A stretch of 64,000 nt of DNA from Octopus sinensis (taxonomy: Eukaryota). Position numbers and translations under genes: made by a program. The DNA is taken from NCBI RefSeq assembly GCF_006345805.1, contig NC_042998.1, positions 63,798,001 through 63,862,000 of the forward strand, read 5' to 3'. The number at the start of each line of letters is the position of its first letter. The first letter of the stretch is position 1. Positions 13,186 to 25,349 of the stretch are shown here, piece after piece. The notes under the pieces were generated by a model. That model was not told the origin of the DNA. It did not search any database and saw nothing but the letters and a program-made list of their open reading frames with translations.

Positions 13186-13300
13186 CGTTTTATTTATTCA
13201 TTCATCTCTCTATTTATTTGTCTGCCTATCCGTTTGTCTATGTATGTATCTATCTAATCAGCTCGCCGTCATAATGCTAATTAATATTAAGGTCGACAGT

Positions 13301-13520
13301 AAGGCAGTGACCTGGCAAATTAGTTAGCACGCCGGGCAAACACATTTAGTGGTATTTCGTCCACCTTTATCTACAGAGCTCAAATTCCACCGAGGTCGAC
13401 GTTGCCTTACATCATTTAAAGGTAGATGGAATAAGTACCAGTTGATCATTGGGGTCTGTTTAATCGACTTAACACTGCTCCCAAAATTTCTAACCTTCTT
13501 CCAAAATTTGAAACTAATTC
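13301..13520 (+). mobile_element. tRNA-derived SINE, family S2 (Nin/Deu-like central domain)
   Basis: aaggcagtgacctggc...ttagcacgccgggc...gaggtcgac..tgcctt.catc...ataagtaccagtt; repeated many times in the window. Confidence 0.75.
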
Positions 13521-15660
13521 TGAAAGGTTAGAATAAACTTTTCTTGATGTCTGGTGGGAAACAGATGTACCCATACTTTCTATGACTGACTCCCTCTTTT
13601 GCCTTGTCAGTGTGCCACTGAAATAGCATCCTCATATGTCATCGTACTCAAAGTACCCGTGAATATCAGGGACACAGGGCATTCTCCAGATTTCCCCAGT
13701 AAGTTTGTAAAAAAATATTTATTTTATTTTTCTCTTAAATAGACCGTTCCGTTTAAGATCATTCATGTTATTGCCAGATCGAAAGATCGGAGAAATACAA
13801 AAATCATACTTCGGTTAACAATATAGATACATGAAAACAAACAATGCTTGCTAGAAATATCATCCTTATCCCTACACAGACTTTATAACAGCTGAATGAT
13901 TTATTGTCTACTACAGTCTTACGTATATTTTGTTACAAAAACATATAGAGGGTCTCTACGGAAATGGCTTTGTCAATGATTTTTGCCGGTGAAAAATGAG
14001 AAAAACTATCTTCAAACATATCATGGCAAAATTGTAATACAGACACTACTGTGATAAGTAGTAGTATCAGCATTGGATAATACAGGGTATCGCAAGTAAA
14101 ACACCAGGGTTAATATACACAAGACCAATATTTACTAAATGAAACCAAACACTTTATTCCAGTATAGCTGAAACACGACGAAAAAGCACATCATGACTGA
14201 TGCATCACAGAGATTTTTCAAGACTGCAGTCCATTTGGAGAAGGGACAAAGAAATATCGGTTCTGTACAAATGAGAAATGTAACCATTTTATTCCATCTT
14301 ATGGAAATGCTGGTCATTGTGAGGCCTTCAAGCTTCCAATTAGTACAAGAAAAGCTTATTTATAAGAGGAATCATAAAAATTGTATTTTAAGTAAGCTTT
14401 TCTTCTTGTTAGAACAAACATCATGAAGTCCAACCAACTACCTGATTTCTATCTGTCTGTTTACATTTGTCTAAATTATGCAGAATATTTTGGTCATAAC
14501 TTTTCTATTTTGTTTTCTGACTTTTTTTATTAGGTCGGACAATTGCCTTGCTGATCAAATCTATTGAAACACGAACCCGTAATCACGACTGGTTGACTCG
14601 AAATTTACGAATCGTCACAGAGCTGGATTTCCCAGGACCATCGAAAATACAGCGGATGCCGCTCAGAAAGCATCCTTTGCGAGGCTCCCCAAGAATGTAC
14701 CCAGACTCGCTTGAGTTAGGGTTGTTTTAATCGGCTACGGGTTTCGACGACAGACATGCTAGAAATACTGGACACCCTGCCGCCGCAAGGCATATTCATA
14801 GCCCGAGCTCAGGAATATTAACGAGATCTTTTTCGATACGAGACCGGCCGCTCTCGTAGAAGAATTATCTTAATTTTCGAACTGCTACGGCAACAGATCC
14901 GGCACCTTTTGTGAATCGAATGACCCATGCTTGAGCAATGTTGACTCGGAACCCTTTTCTTCTTCGTTCTCGAGTGTCTCGTTCAAATAGTTCGAATATT
15001 GTAAGTGAGTTACCATGCCCTTAGGTATAATTGACTTTTCAAACTGATAAGCCAATTATTCGTCCCGGCAAACGGGAACCTAGTTGTTTAAACACTAAGA
15101 TATGTGCCTTCTATCTATTTTATATGATTTATCTGCTAAAAACCAGCCAATATGAACATTTTATTAAATTTACGGTCAGATATATTACACTTTAATATAC
15201 AGTTTGATATATAGTAACAAAGAAAAGAGATTCTGGTTTCGAATACCTTTGATAATGTATGAATTGTTATGAGAAAATGACTGTTGTTTATATCCTTCTG
15301 TATTGTGGCTGTCATGTTGTTATGTTGATATATATGTGTTGCTGTAGCCAACTAATCAATAACCACTGCAAATATAATTCACACAAAATACTTTATGACG
15401 AAAGAGGTGATGACACCTTTTAGATACAATCGTACGATAAAAATATAGAGAAACATATCTACATTCTTGCATTGAGCTGTGTGTAAAAAGAAATGTTTTT
15501 CTTCTTGGCAACCCTAGCCGATAAAGCAAGAAATATCGAATACATACTTGCGAACGTTAACCAAAGAAATACGAAGACAGGTCGTATATATTTATACACA
15601 ATTTTATACGGAAAATATTTTACTTACATGCGTATACATATGCATACATGCACATCTATA

Positions 15661-15719
<59 letters not shown>

Positions 15720-16638
15720 AATGTATCTTATTTTGAGAAGAACCGCACGTTCAAGTAATGACCATAGACACCACACCAGAAAATGTTTGGTGAGCGCAGA
15801 ACAATCAATATCAACTCCCTTCTTGACTGATATTTTATTTCATCAACCCTGGAACATATACCAAACGATTTTAAAATATCTTTCTTTCTCATTTGCATTT
15901 TATTTCTATTTCTTTTCTGTTTTTTTTTCTTCCGAAAAAAACGCTCTTCTGAGAAGTTACAGGCTGAATCCATTTTTCTCGGAGAGATATTATGCAAAGC
16001 AACTATAGTTGAAGCAAGCACCATTATGCTGCACACTCTCACCCCCTAATGAAAGCATGACATGTAAAGTTAATCTCAACAAAATATGAACTCAGGACGT
16101 AAACGAAAAATGAAAGTACATTATTTATATGTTGGAATTTTTTTTAGGAATGATGCAATGTCATCTTACATTTCCGCCAATATCAGAACTGAATTTTTAT
16201 TTATGTAATGAATTGAATAAAAAAATGAAATTCATAGCAATATTAAAAATGGTGTCTTTTGAAATGGAAAATATATCTAAAAACTTTGCTAACAAAAGGC
16301 ATCAAATCCAACTTCTTGAAGTACTTGAGACAAGTCCATGAGTACTTGTAAAAAGAAAATATTTGTAATTAAAAAGAATAACTAATAAATATCTTTAGAT
16401 TCTTTGAGAAATATGCAATATCGTGAAATATGTAGAATAAACGATTTCGAAATAAGTTTTACTTCTGCATTTTATTCCCTGTTCACTGTTTACGTTTTTT
16501 GTGGACAGATGTTTCTCACATCAATTGCACTCTGAAGTAACACAGACGCACACGCAAGCATGCTAGCACATACACACACAGACACAATACGCATATATAT
16601 ACCGCTAGCCACTCAGATATATATTTTTTCTCCTTCTT

Positions 16639-16676
16639 TCTTTCTGTGGAAGAGCGTAGGCTCGAAACGTTAAAGA
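16639..16676 (+). ncRNA. Hammerhead-like motif, family C, non-canonical core CUGUGGA
   Basis: TCTTT CTGTGGA A GAGC-gtag-GCTC GAA ACGT T|AAAGA: perfect 5-bp stem I, 4-bp stem II, palindromic stem III. Confidence 0.65.
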
Positions 16677-16767
16677 CTTTTTCATTTACTGAGCGTTATA
16701 CTGGTTGTTGTCTATACCACCTGTCTTCGTCATTTTTTTGTGAATTTCCCCCCACCCTATATATATA

Positions 16768-17346
16768 CACAGACGTGCAGGAAGTAAATAGACATCTTTA
16801 ATTTTCAAAATTTCTGACCTAAGCAACTTAATATGTTTTCAGCGGTGTAGAATTTACAATATAATTATTCCTTTTCATTCCAGGGTGCTATTATATTAAA
16901 CATTTGCGAAGAGTAATCATGCCACGCACAAACAATTCAGCAGAGTATCAGATTTTCAAAGAGGACGTACTGTCGTGTAATCTAAGGCTGGTCTTAGCCA
17001 GCGAAAAATTGCCGAAAATCTTCAAATTCCTCTTGCTACTGTTAATAGAATGATAGCGCAATTAAAACACCAACGAAAAGAATCAATAGATGCTCGTCCT
17101 GATCGACTTGGGCCCTCGAAACAGAAGCTTCACAGTTTGAAGAGAATTGTGGAAAACAAAATCCCGTTCCAAGGCGTCTGACATTGCAAAACAGCTAGAT
17201 GTTAGTCCAAGAACGTGCGTTTCATATCTGCATAAGCGTAGGTATTATGGACGAGCAGCTAAAAGAAAACCACTCCTTCAACCAATTAATATAAAATGAA
17301 AGAGTTTGAAAATTAAAGGTGTCTATTTACTTCCTCCATGTCTGTG
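16768..17346 (+). mobile_element. Internally deleted Tc1-family DNA transposon
   Basis: ~40-bp TIRs (cacagacgtgcaggaagtaaatagacatctttaattttcaaa / tttgaaaattaaaggtgtctatttacttcctccatgtctgtg), TA on both sides, decayed N-terminal HTH (SQRKIAENLQIPLATVNR...GRAAKRKPLL); DDE domain missing. Confidence 0.9.
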
Positions 17347-17429
17347 TATATATATGTATGTAATTTTTTTTGGCGTAATAAGTTAAAAAACCATGAGTGT
17401 GTCGATATTAGAACATTTATCGATAGATA

Positions 17430-17483
17430 GCTATTACAGCTGTTTCTAGGATATTTATTAATTATATCCCTTCATCGGAGACG
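17430..17483 (-). ncRNA. Hammerhead ribozyme, family B copy 1 (in the sense-strand pLTR)
   Basis: GTCT CCGATGA AGGGATAT-loop-ATATCCTA GAA ACAGCTGT A|; U4C variant core. Confidence 0.7.
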
Positions 17484-18603
17484 GTGTGAGAGAATGGTTA
17501 AGTCATAGTTAGTTTAGATGTGATACAAAATAGACAGTGAGGTGGAGGAAAGATAATAGATGCAAGATATGTATGGATATTGAAGTTGTAAATCCATTTT
17601 TAGGCATACTGGTATATATGCAATGTTTTAATATCCTATGAGTAAAGTCCAAAAGTCCAACAGAGTTTAAAATGTGTTCTTCCAAATATAGAGTTTATAC
17701 AGAATGTAAGATTACATTATGAGTGAGATCCAGCAGATTTTTAAACTTGGTCATTCCAAGTAGAGAATTTATATACAGTGTTGCAGAGTCAAAAAGTTTT
17801 TTATTTAAAGTAACCTAAAAATAGGGAGTGTACTGATAAGGTCAAATCGAAAACAGGAAGAGAAAAATGAAGAAGGAGAAAAATGAGAATAGAAAAAAGA
17901 GAAGAGAAAGAAAGAGAGAGAAGAAAGAGAAGAAAGTAAGAAGAAAATTAATAAAATGATAACAAAATAATTTAAAAATCCTGAAGAGAGGGATAAAAGG
18001 AATAAAGAAAAAAGAAAAATGAAGATATAGATCAGTCAGTGGTCAGTGGAGATAATTTGAAAGTAGGAGTGCGGGATGATGGGTAAAATAGAGAGAAAGG
18101 TATTATAGTGTAAAAGGATAGAAGGAATATGGGGAGGGGGTAAGAGTTAAAGGACTGACAAATGTGTAGTAGTAGAGTCTAAGTGTAGGGGCAGAGAGAT
18201 GGGGTTAGTAGTATGAAGAATTAAGGAATTTATATGTTTAACAGTTCAGTGCTTAGTAATATAAGAAAATATATGTGAAGATGTATATACATGTATATAT
18301 CAGACAAGTTACACATACAATCTTTACTCGCATGCATGCAATCTTTACTCATCAGGGTCATTTTTACGTTCATATGCATGTATCATCGCCTCTGTATACG
18401 TAGGTAAATATATCTACCTTGCATACGTATATTTACACATACCCGCATACATATATACACGCATACACTCATTCATACATATCCATGCATAATGGGTGTA
18501 TGCACATACATACGAAACAATCAGATGGTACATGTGTCGGACTAGATAGGAATTAGGTGTTAGAGTGTAGATTTATAAGGTTATTGGGATTACCTAAGGA
18601 GTA

Positions 18604-19145
18604 TTATGAAAATGTACTGTACATTCTGGCATTTGGATTTGTGGTAGAATCCAACGTGTGATGAAAGCGATGGTTGCATGTGCTTAGTGCCTCGTTATAT
18701 TTATTTAGCAGTGTTGGAAAGTTGTGCTTTAATATGTGGAGTGCCTCCTTCAGGCAAAGCTTGCAGGTTGAGTGTTGACCTCGGTAGGGAGGTCCTGAGT
18801 CCATTATGGACCATGATAGAGTAGAGGGTATATTTGCATTTTTGAGATGATGTATGTGGTTGGCGAGTGTTGTGGATTTACTATGTTTATCGTATCTAAA
18901 AGAATGGAGATGAGTGGCATGGCGTTGCTTAAAAAATTTTGTTGATCCTATGTACATGGCTGTAGAGTTGTGTAATAGATTAAGGACCGTGCATTTGTAA
19001 ATTACATCATATCTTCTGTAATGGGTTTGTAACGGGCAGGTGGTTTCAGGATGGCAGTTACAATTAGGTGAATTTTGGGGAGCGAGTTCGGTAATAGAGA
19101 AGGAAGTATCGTCAGAGGAGACGTTATAGAAGGGGGTGAACATTT
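18604..19145 (-). pseudogene. Penelope-like GIY-YIG endonuclease domain
   Basis: CNC.....CPL, VIY...YIGST, FKQRHATHLHSFR, STTLANHIHHLK, WSI, CKLCLKEALHIL, LLNKYNE..STCNH. The listed ORF start (19275) lies in an unrelated inserted repeat. Confidence 0.9.
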
Positions 19146-19169
19146 CTATATTATTATTATTATTATCAT

Positions 19170-19709
19170 TGATTGAGAGAGCAGTGCATGCCATCAAAGT
19201 GACACTGAGGTAAAATATAGGAAGCCCAGTATACCCATCATGACTACCCGTCTGATAAGGGTACACCAGGCACATGCATCATAACCATATGTGCGCGACA
19301 TTGTGATCTCATATCACGATAAACAGCGCATGACCTTGAAGGTGGGGCCCAGTTAGAATTTTCTCAAACGATCACGGAATATGGATTGTTTAACGATGTT
19401 GAAAGAACCACCTATGTTTCCAAAGGTGAGTTATCCAAACCTCTAAGAATTCCTTTCAACACACGGCTATGATGCTCCCCCACTACGTCTGCTCATAATC
19501 AGAGATACACATATCATCAGCCACTGAGGGATATGGTCAACTGGTTAAGGTCAAACAACTGACAAGTAAATCTGTGGTATTGAGCAGAGCAGAATATTTG
19601 CTGTAGTCCATCTTTTCTATCAAGACAAAACAATGCACATGATAACACTTCCAATCAGTTAAGATCAGAAGCCACGTGAGCCACTGCCTGGTACTGCATG
19701 AGGGCATTT

Positions 19710-19710
<1 letters not shown>
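19170..19710 (-). mobile_element. ~550-bp non-coding dispersed repeat (family N) inserted in an (AAT)n tract inside the Penelope ORF
   Basis: Near full-length homologue at 61458-62000; ends in (AAT)n. Confidence 0.8.
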
Positions 19711-19746
<36 letters not shown>

Positions 19747-19778
19747 CCACCACCACCACCACCACCACCACCATCATC

Positions 19779-19825
<47 letters not shown>

Positions 19826-19830
19826 TACTA
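19710..19830. repeat. (CAT)n/(CAC)n array
   Basis: Directly visible. Confidence 0.95.
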
Positions 19831-19864
19831 ACGTTATCATTATTATCACCACCAGTACTACTAT

Positions 19865-20765
19865 TGTTACTATCAATTCTGCTAGTTGTAGGGGCGTTAA
19901 AGTTGTAGGTGTTGTTCCGGGCAGTGTTAGTTGAATGGGTTGGTTTGTGGTTCTGTTTTAGTGTAAGGGTATCTGTACTGGATCTGTGTGTGTGTTGATT
20001 ATTTGTATTACTAGAGTTGTAGCTATGTTAGTTTTGATAGCAAAGAGATATCTTTTGCTTATTCGAGGCTGCTATAATAGATTCGAAGGTGAGTTAGAAT
20101 AAGATAGTTTCAGGGTGGATCGATTAAAGATAGAATGATATTTATGTTGTCGAAGGAAGTTAGAGTCTAGTATTCTAAAGAAAGACTTAGCTACGTTCTT
20201 ATCGTTAAGTGAGAATGGTGGTGTGTACCATAAAATAGAGCGACCGCCACTTTTTTTAGGGGGCCTAGGAATAGAGCTATCTAAGTTGCTAGATAAATGA
20301 GTGGTATCTATATTACTAGGTAAGACGTGTGGTAAGCGAGGCCTGTTATTGTTAGTTGTTTTATTTGTTTTCGTTTTTGACCTAGTGTTAAATGAATGTG
20401 GGTGAGGTCTGAATTGCCTGGGTGCAATGCCTTCCATGGTTTCATCGACAAATGTGTGTGGTTGGTTGCGATTGTGATGGTTGTCGCGTGTTTGAGATGT
20501 GATTTGAGATATGCGTTGTTTGAGTCTGTTGTTATGGATGCATTCTACTTGTTGGGAGAAGCCTCTAGCAGCGAATGCGTGATTATTATATGGTGCGTGA
20601 TTACTGAAGATTTCTTCAGTGGAAGAGAGGTCGGATGTGCAGGTTGAGATGCTCTTGATTATGCTATTGAAAGTGGATTTGTGGTGATTGGAGTGGATTT
20701 TAAGTTATTTAAGGATTTGTTTAGGTTTGTGGTAAGGGGAGTATTGGGATGTTGATAAGTTTAGA
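19865..20765 (-). pseudogene. Penelope-like RT thumb and linker region
   Basis: LNLSTSQYSPYHKP...IHSNH...DLSSTEEIF...; RSILWYTPPFS...FFRILDSNF...HSIFNRSTLKLSYS. Confidence 0.85.
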
Positions 20766-20939
20766 ATTTTGGACTTTACTCATAGGATATTGGAATATTG
20801 CTTATATACTGGTATGCCTAAAAAATGGATTTACAACTTCAATATCCATAAATACCTTGCATCTATTTTCTTTCCTCCACCTCACTCTCTATTTTGTATC
20901 GCATCTAAACTAACTATGACTTAACCATCCTCTCATACC

Positions 20940-20991
20940 GTCTCCGATGAAGGGATATAATTAATAAATATCCTAGAAACACCTGTAAGAC
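20940..20991 (+). ncRNA. Hammerhead ribozyme, family B copy 2 (inverted pLTR)
   Basis: GTCT CCGATGA AGGGATAT..ATATCCTA GAA ACACCTGT A|AGAC; stem I GTCT/AGAC is perfect. Confidence 0.7.
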
Positions 20992-21214
20992 CTTTTATCT
21001 ATAAATGCTCTAATATGTACACACCCTTAGTTTTTTTATCTTATTACGCAAAAAAATTCTTATATACACACTCTGGCATTGAACCCTGTATTCGCAAAAA
21101 GACCGAATCTAGAAAGTAACTATGATCTGTCTCTAGCACTTATTCAGCATTACCTGACACCTTTGGTTTCAATGACACCATTATCTCATATATAAATATA
21201 TATATATACAGATG

Positions 21215-21295
<81 letters not shown>

Positions 21296-22106
21296 GGAGA
21301 GAGAGAGAGATAGATAGATAGATAGATATAGAAGTTGTCCAGAAAGCTTTACCCGGTTTATATTTCATCGTACAGTGTTTCATTCACAGTTATTATTGAT
21401 ATTTTTTTTCTATATAATAAAATTAATTTAAAACCTACAATAGTTTTCATAATAAGAATCGGGCGAAACGTTTGGGACACCTGCATACATATACATACAC
21501 ACATGCACACATACATACATACATACATACATCCATAGATACTTACTTACATACACACATACATACATACATACACGCATACTCTCATCGACAAAGATAT
21601 ATAAATGCATATATTCTAACGATAAAACAGATTCTCTGGAATAATATAGTCTCGTATTTTATTCTTATTTTACATAATAGAAAACCACCGAATTCTTCAA
21701 TATCTCTAGCCCAGGCACGTCTAACATATATGTAAACTTATATTCTGAATAATGAATACAAACTAAGCGTGAGCTGTCAGATCTTATCAATAATGCATCT
21801 GGAACAGAATGAACTGACATAGCACTTATGCGAAATATATTTCTTAGGCGTAGTATACGTATAATCAGTAATTTTATTGATAATCTAAAGTAATAGTTGT
21901 ATTTATTTTATCGATCAAATTCCAAACTGGAAGCTTTTACATTTGACATCAATTACCCACTCCGATCCAGCACACTACAAACACTTTCAGTCAATGTTCC
22001 ATGACACATTAGATTTATATCAAGACGTGTTAAACTTTCCTGAACTATACTATGGTTTCCAATAAAACATACAAGGCAACTAGAGTGGTTTTCTGTAAAT
22101 TACTTA

Positions 22107-22107
22107 G

Positions 22108-22178
<71 letters not shown>

Positions 22179-22235
22179 GAGGTAGATAAATAGAGAGGTA
22201 GATAGATAGATATATAGATAGATAGAGAGAGAGAT
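22107..22235. repeat. (GATA)n microsatellite
   Basis: Directly visible. Confidence 0.95.
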
Positions 22236-23043
22236 TGTAGCCAAGATTGTGGAGTGGTCGGACATGAAGATATAAATTAATTCTCACTTTGTGATAAACG
22301 AGTAAGGGCTGCATATGTCTGAACTGATATTCGTAATAGACAACAAAGTTAAGATTTGCTGCTTAGTATCCTCACACTACAATGTCTCTATTTAAGACAA
22401 TTAATTGTCAATATTCCGTTCAGAATACAAGGTCATTGCTTACAGATTTCTCCTTAGTAAGACTTGACAGCACAGTGAAAACAAACGAAACCTTTGCTGG
22501 ATGGCTGTTATTACGATAAATTCGCTTGGCCTGAAGAGGTCTCCCCTCTATAACACAAATATATCATAGAAATTCCAACGAATCTTAAAAGTAGATAGAA
22601 AAGTGTTTCTTTTAAAAAAGCCTAGAAAATTGAGGAAACGTTACATTTTTTCTTTTCAATATCATATCTTTCTTACTCTCAAACTTCTTGATGCTCATTC
22701 TATAGGCCCCGATGTTAATGAAAACGCTAGTAAACACAACTACATAGCTTGTGAATAGTTATGAATTCAAAAAACTTCCAAATATGTTCATGATTTTTCT
22801 TATAGCAAAATACTCATATGCAAACTCGCAAGGCTTCTCTAAATGACAGAAGCCACAAAATTCGTTTAGATTTCTTTACTACGAGAAACAAAAGCCAGGC
22901 TTAGTTTTTAGATGTAGGTCAAATGTTTCATGCTCAAAATTAAAGTCACAATTTTTAAGAACAATAATTCCGCACATTGTTCGAACGAAGGAACATTATA
23001 CACTAATAATTGCCTTATGCACAAATAGTTGCCTTACTAATCC

Positions 23044-23160
23044 ATTCTACTATAGGCACGAGGCCTGAAATTTGAGGAAGGGGACCCCAGTGTTTCACTG
23101 ATACTTAATTTAACGACCTCGAAAGGATGAAAGGCAGAATCGACCTCGGTGGGATTTGAA
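23044..23160 (-). mobile_element. SINE S2, partial
   Basis: ctactataggcacgaggcctgaaattt...gaaaggatgaaaggcagaatcgacctcgg. Confidence 0.7.
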
Positions 23161-23387
23161 TAATTGCCTTAATAATAACATTTTCTTTATCGAGCTGACG
23201 AAAATGTAAAAGGAAATTGAATCACGATGGGAATTGAACTGATTTTAAAAATGCGTGTGAAATTTTTACAAAAAGAACCCAGCAAATTTTATTTTACCGG
23301 AAAGCTGAGCTATCTAAAACTTCGGGAAAATACATTCGTAAAAGAGAAGGGAATTATAGACCGGATGTTACGGTAGTGAGAAGAAAC

Positions 23388-23660
23388 ATCATCATCATCA
23401 TCATCATTGTTCGACCGTGGTCGAGACAATGGAATTTACCATGCTACGCCAGACTTCACGGTCCATCATGGCATTACGGAGGTCCTGTTGCTGGATGCCT
23501 GTATCCCTGGAGATTACATCAGGGTAGGAGAGTGTGCGCCCTCTGGTATTGCGAGTAGATGGCTTCCAGAGGAGAAGAGTAGAAATGACTTCTATTTCAG
23601 CTCTACAACAATGTCCAGCAAACTGGACTCTCCTACCTTTCACAAGAAGAAACAATAATA
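23388..23660 (-). mobile_element. RTE-clade LINE 3' end with (GAT)n tail
   Basis: RRVQFAGHCCRA...LLLWKP...RGRTLSYPDVISRDTG...AMMDREVWR followed by (gat)n. Confidence 0.85.
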
Positions 23661-23949
23661 GTGAAAAGGAAGTTGTAACGTACTTCACAATGACACAAAT
23701 GTTAAAATTAGATAAACATGATGACTATCATATTTCACAAAAAGTTGTAGTCAATATAAAGAAATTAAGAAAATATTAATAAGACTTGAGAAAATACTAG
23801 ACAAAATAAAATTCAGAAACCATTTAAAACTGGAATTAAACATTCTTCAATCCTAGTCATTTGCAATTTCTAATATATCTATTTATAAATATATAAGTAC
23901 ATATAAGAATGAGTTAATATATATATATATATATTTTATATTTAAACAA

Positions 23950-24115
23950 ATTTCAAGGGCGTGAAAGATTTTAGAAAATTTATAGATATGTTTTACAGCT
24001 GTTTCCAGGATATTTTATATATCCCTGCAACGGAGACGGTGTGCAAAAATGGTTAAGCAATACTTACCTGACACCTTCGGGTCTTATTGACACCATTATT
24101 TCTCATAACCTCTCC
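23950..24115 (-). mobile_element. Solo family-B pLTR fragment with dead HHR core plus inverted tail
   Basis: HHR at 23990-24037 (core CCGTTGC); ttacctgacacctt.gg...tgacaccatta also occurs at 21150-21185. Confidence 0.75.
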
Positions 24116-24142
24116 CTCCCCCCTCTCTCTCTCACACACACA

Positions 24143-24177
<35 letters not shown>

Positions 24178-24284
24178 CACACACACATATATATATAGCT
24201 GAAATTTGCAGGAAAACAAAAGATGAAGACTGGTGTATGAAGAACAATCAGGAATATTAGATTGACACGCGGAACAGTGAGAAA

Positions 24285-24322
24285 CCTTTTACGTTTCGAT
24301 CCTACGCTATTCAACAGAAAAG
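24285..24322 (-). ncRNA. Hammerhead-like motif, family C copy 2 (core CUGUUGA)
   Basis: CTTTT CTGTTGA ATAGC-gtag-GATC GAA ACGT A|AAAGG, inside a TA-flanked element (24200-24385) homologous to 16620-16760. Confidence 0.55.
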
Positions 24323-25303
24323 AATGAGAGAAAATATACTGAGAGAGAATAAAAAAAACTTGTATATTTAGCGAACAAGCTGTATTTATATATATATATG
24401 TATATATACACTTGTAACATAATTACATATTAAGTATTATCTTCTGCTTTTTTCCTCTGGTACTCTCCAAATTCGTTGCACCTGGTATGTACTTCACATA
24501 TACGTTCTATTTAAAGGTCACTATTCACAACCAAAATTCACTGACTAGCTGGTATTAAATATAGAATTTCACTTGCTCCTTGTGCTCTCATTATTTCTTT
24601 AACGCTTTGAATATATTACTTACATAGCAAGCCGGAAAAGCGATACAAACTCGCGTAGCAAGGACACTTCAAGAAGGACATTTTATTATTTGCTTCTCTA
24701 CCACTAAACTACTGATGTGTCAAATAAAATTATATGGCAAGATACAAATCTACATTCATGTCTTTCGAAAGATGTCACGAATTATTTTATGGTACATTGA
24801 AGAGAAACAGAAAAAAAAAGCGGCCTGTTGTTGACAGCTTGTAGAATTTGCTTGAATAAACAATTTGATGCGATTCATAGTAACTCGAGTTTTCAATATA
24901 ATAGAATAATTGGCTTCAATTGTAACTGAAAGCTTTCAGTTGTAAGTGAAGTAAAATTGTAAGACTGATTATGTCTTGGTATTTCGTTATCATCCGAGTA
25001 AAAAAAGAAAATCAAAACAAAGAAAAATTCTGATTTTGTTTTCAGGTTCTTTTTTTGTCATTTGATTTTTAATGTCTGCTAGTGGATTTAGTAATTATTC
25101 GATGTGTGTGTATAATATATATGTATGTGTATGTATGTTTATATACATATTAATGTACATAACGTATGTATACGTATGTATCTCTTTCTCTATAAGTGTA
25201 TGCATATCTTATCTGTCTAAATACATGTAGATATCTATGCATATGTATGTATACATTCACTTTCTCTCTCTCTCTCTTTACACACACACACACACACACA
25301 CAT

Positions 25304-25349
<46 letters not shown>

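Larger units (their letters stand above)
17361..21185 (-). mobile_element. 5'-truncated Penelope-like retroelement (Naiad-type) with inverted HHR-bearing pseudo-LTRs
   Basis: ~295-bp inverted repeats 17361-17654 and 20767-21060 enclose minus-strand RT-thumb, linker and GIY-YIG remnants; a tail 21070-21185 runs into (TA)n. Confidence 0.9.

Noticed and set aside
18604-19275. 223-aa ORF as a stand-alone gene
   Set aside because: Chimeric: its first ~40 codons come from the inserted family-N repeat (same peptide at 61885) and the rest is the Penelope endonuclease
17430-20991. Selenoprotein/SECIS hypothesis for the Naiad-type element (AUGA...AA...GA pattern in the HHR hairpin)
   Set aside because: No in-frame UGA at the Cys positions I could read, and the helix is shorter than a typical SECIS; the pattern is explained by the HHR core
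18345-23205. Isolated CTGANGA matches (e.g. 18350, 22530, 23195)
   Set aside because: No closing stem II/GAA or stem I pairing; expected by chance
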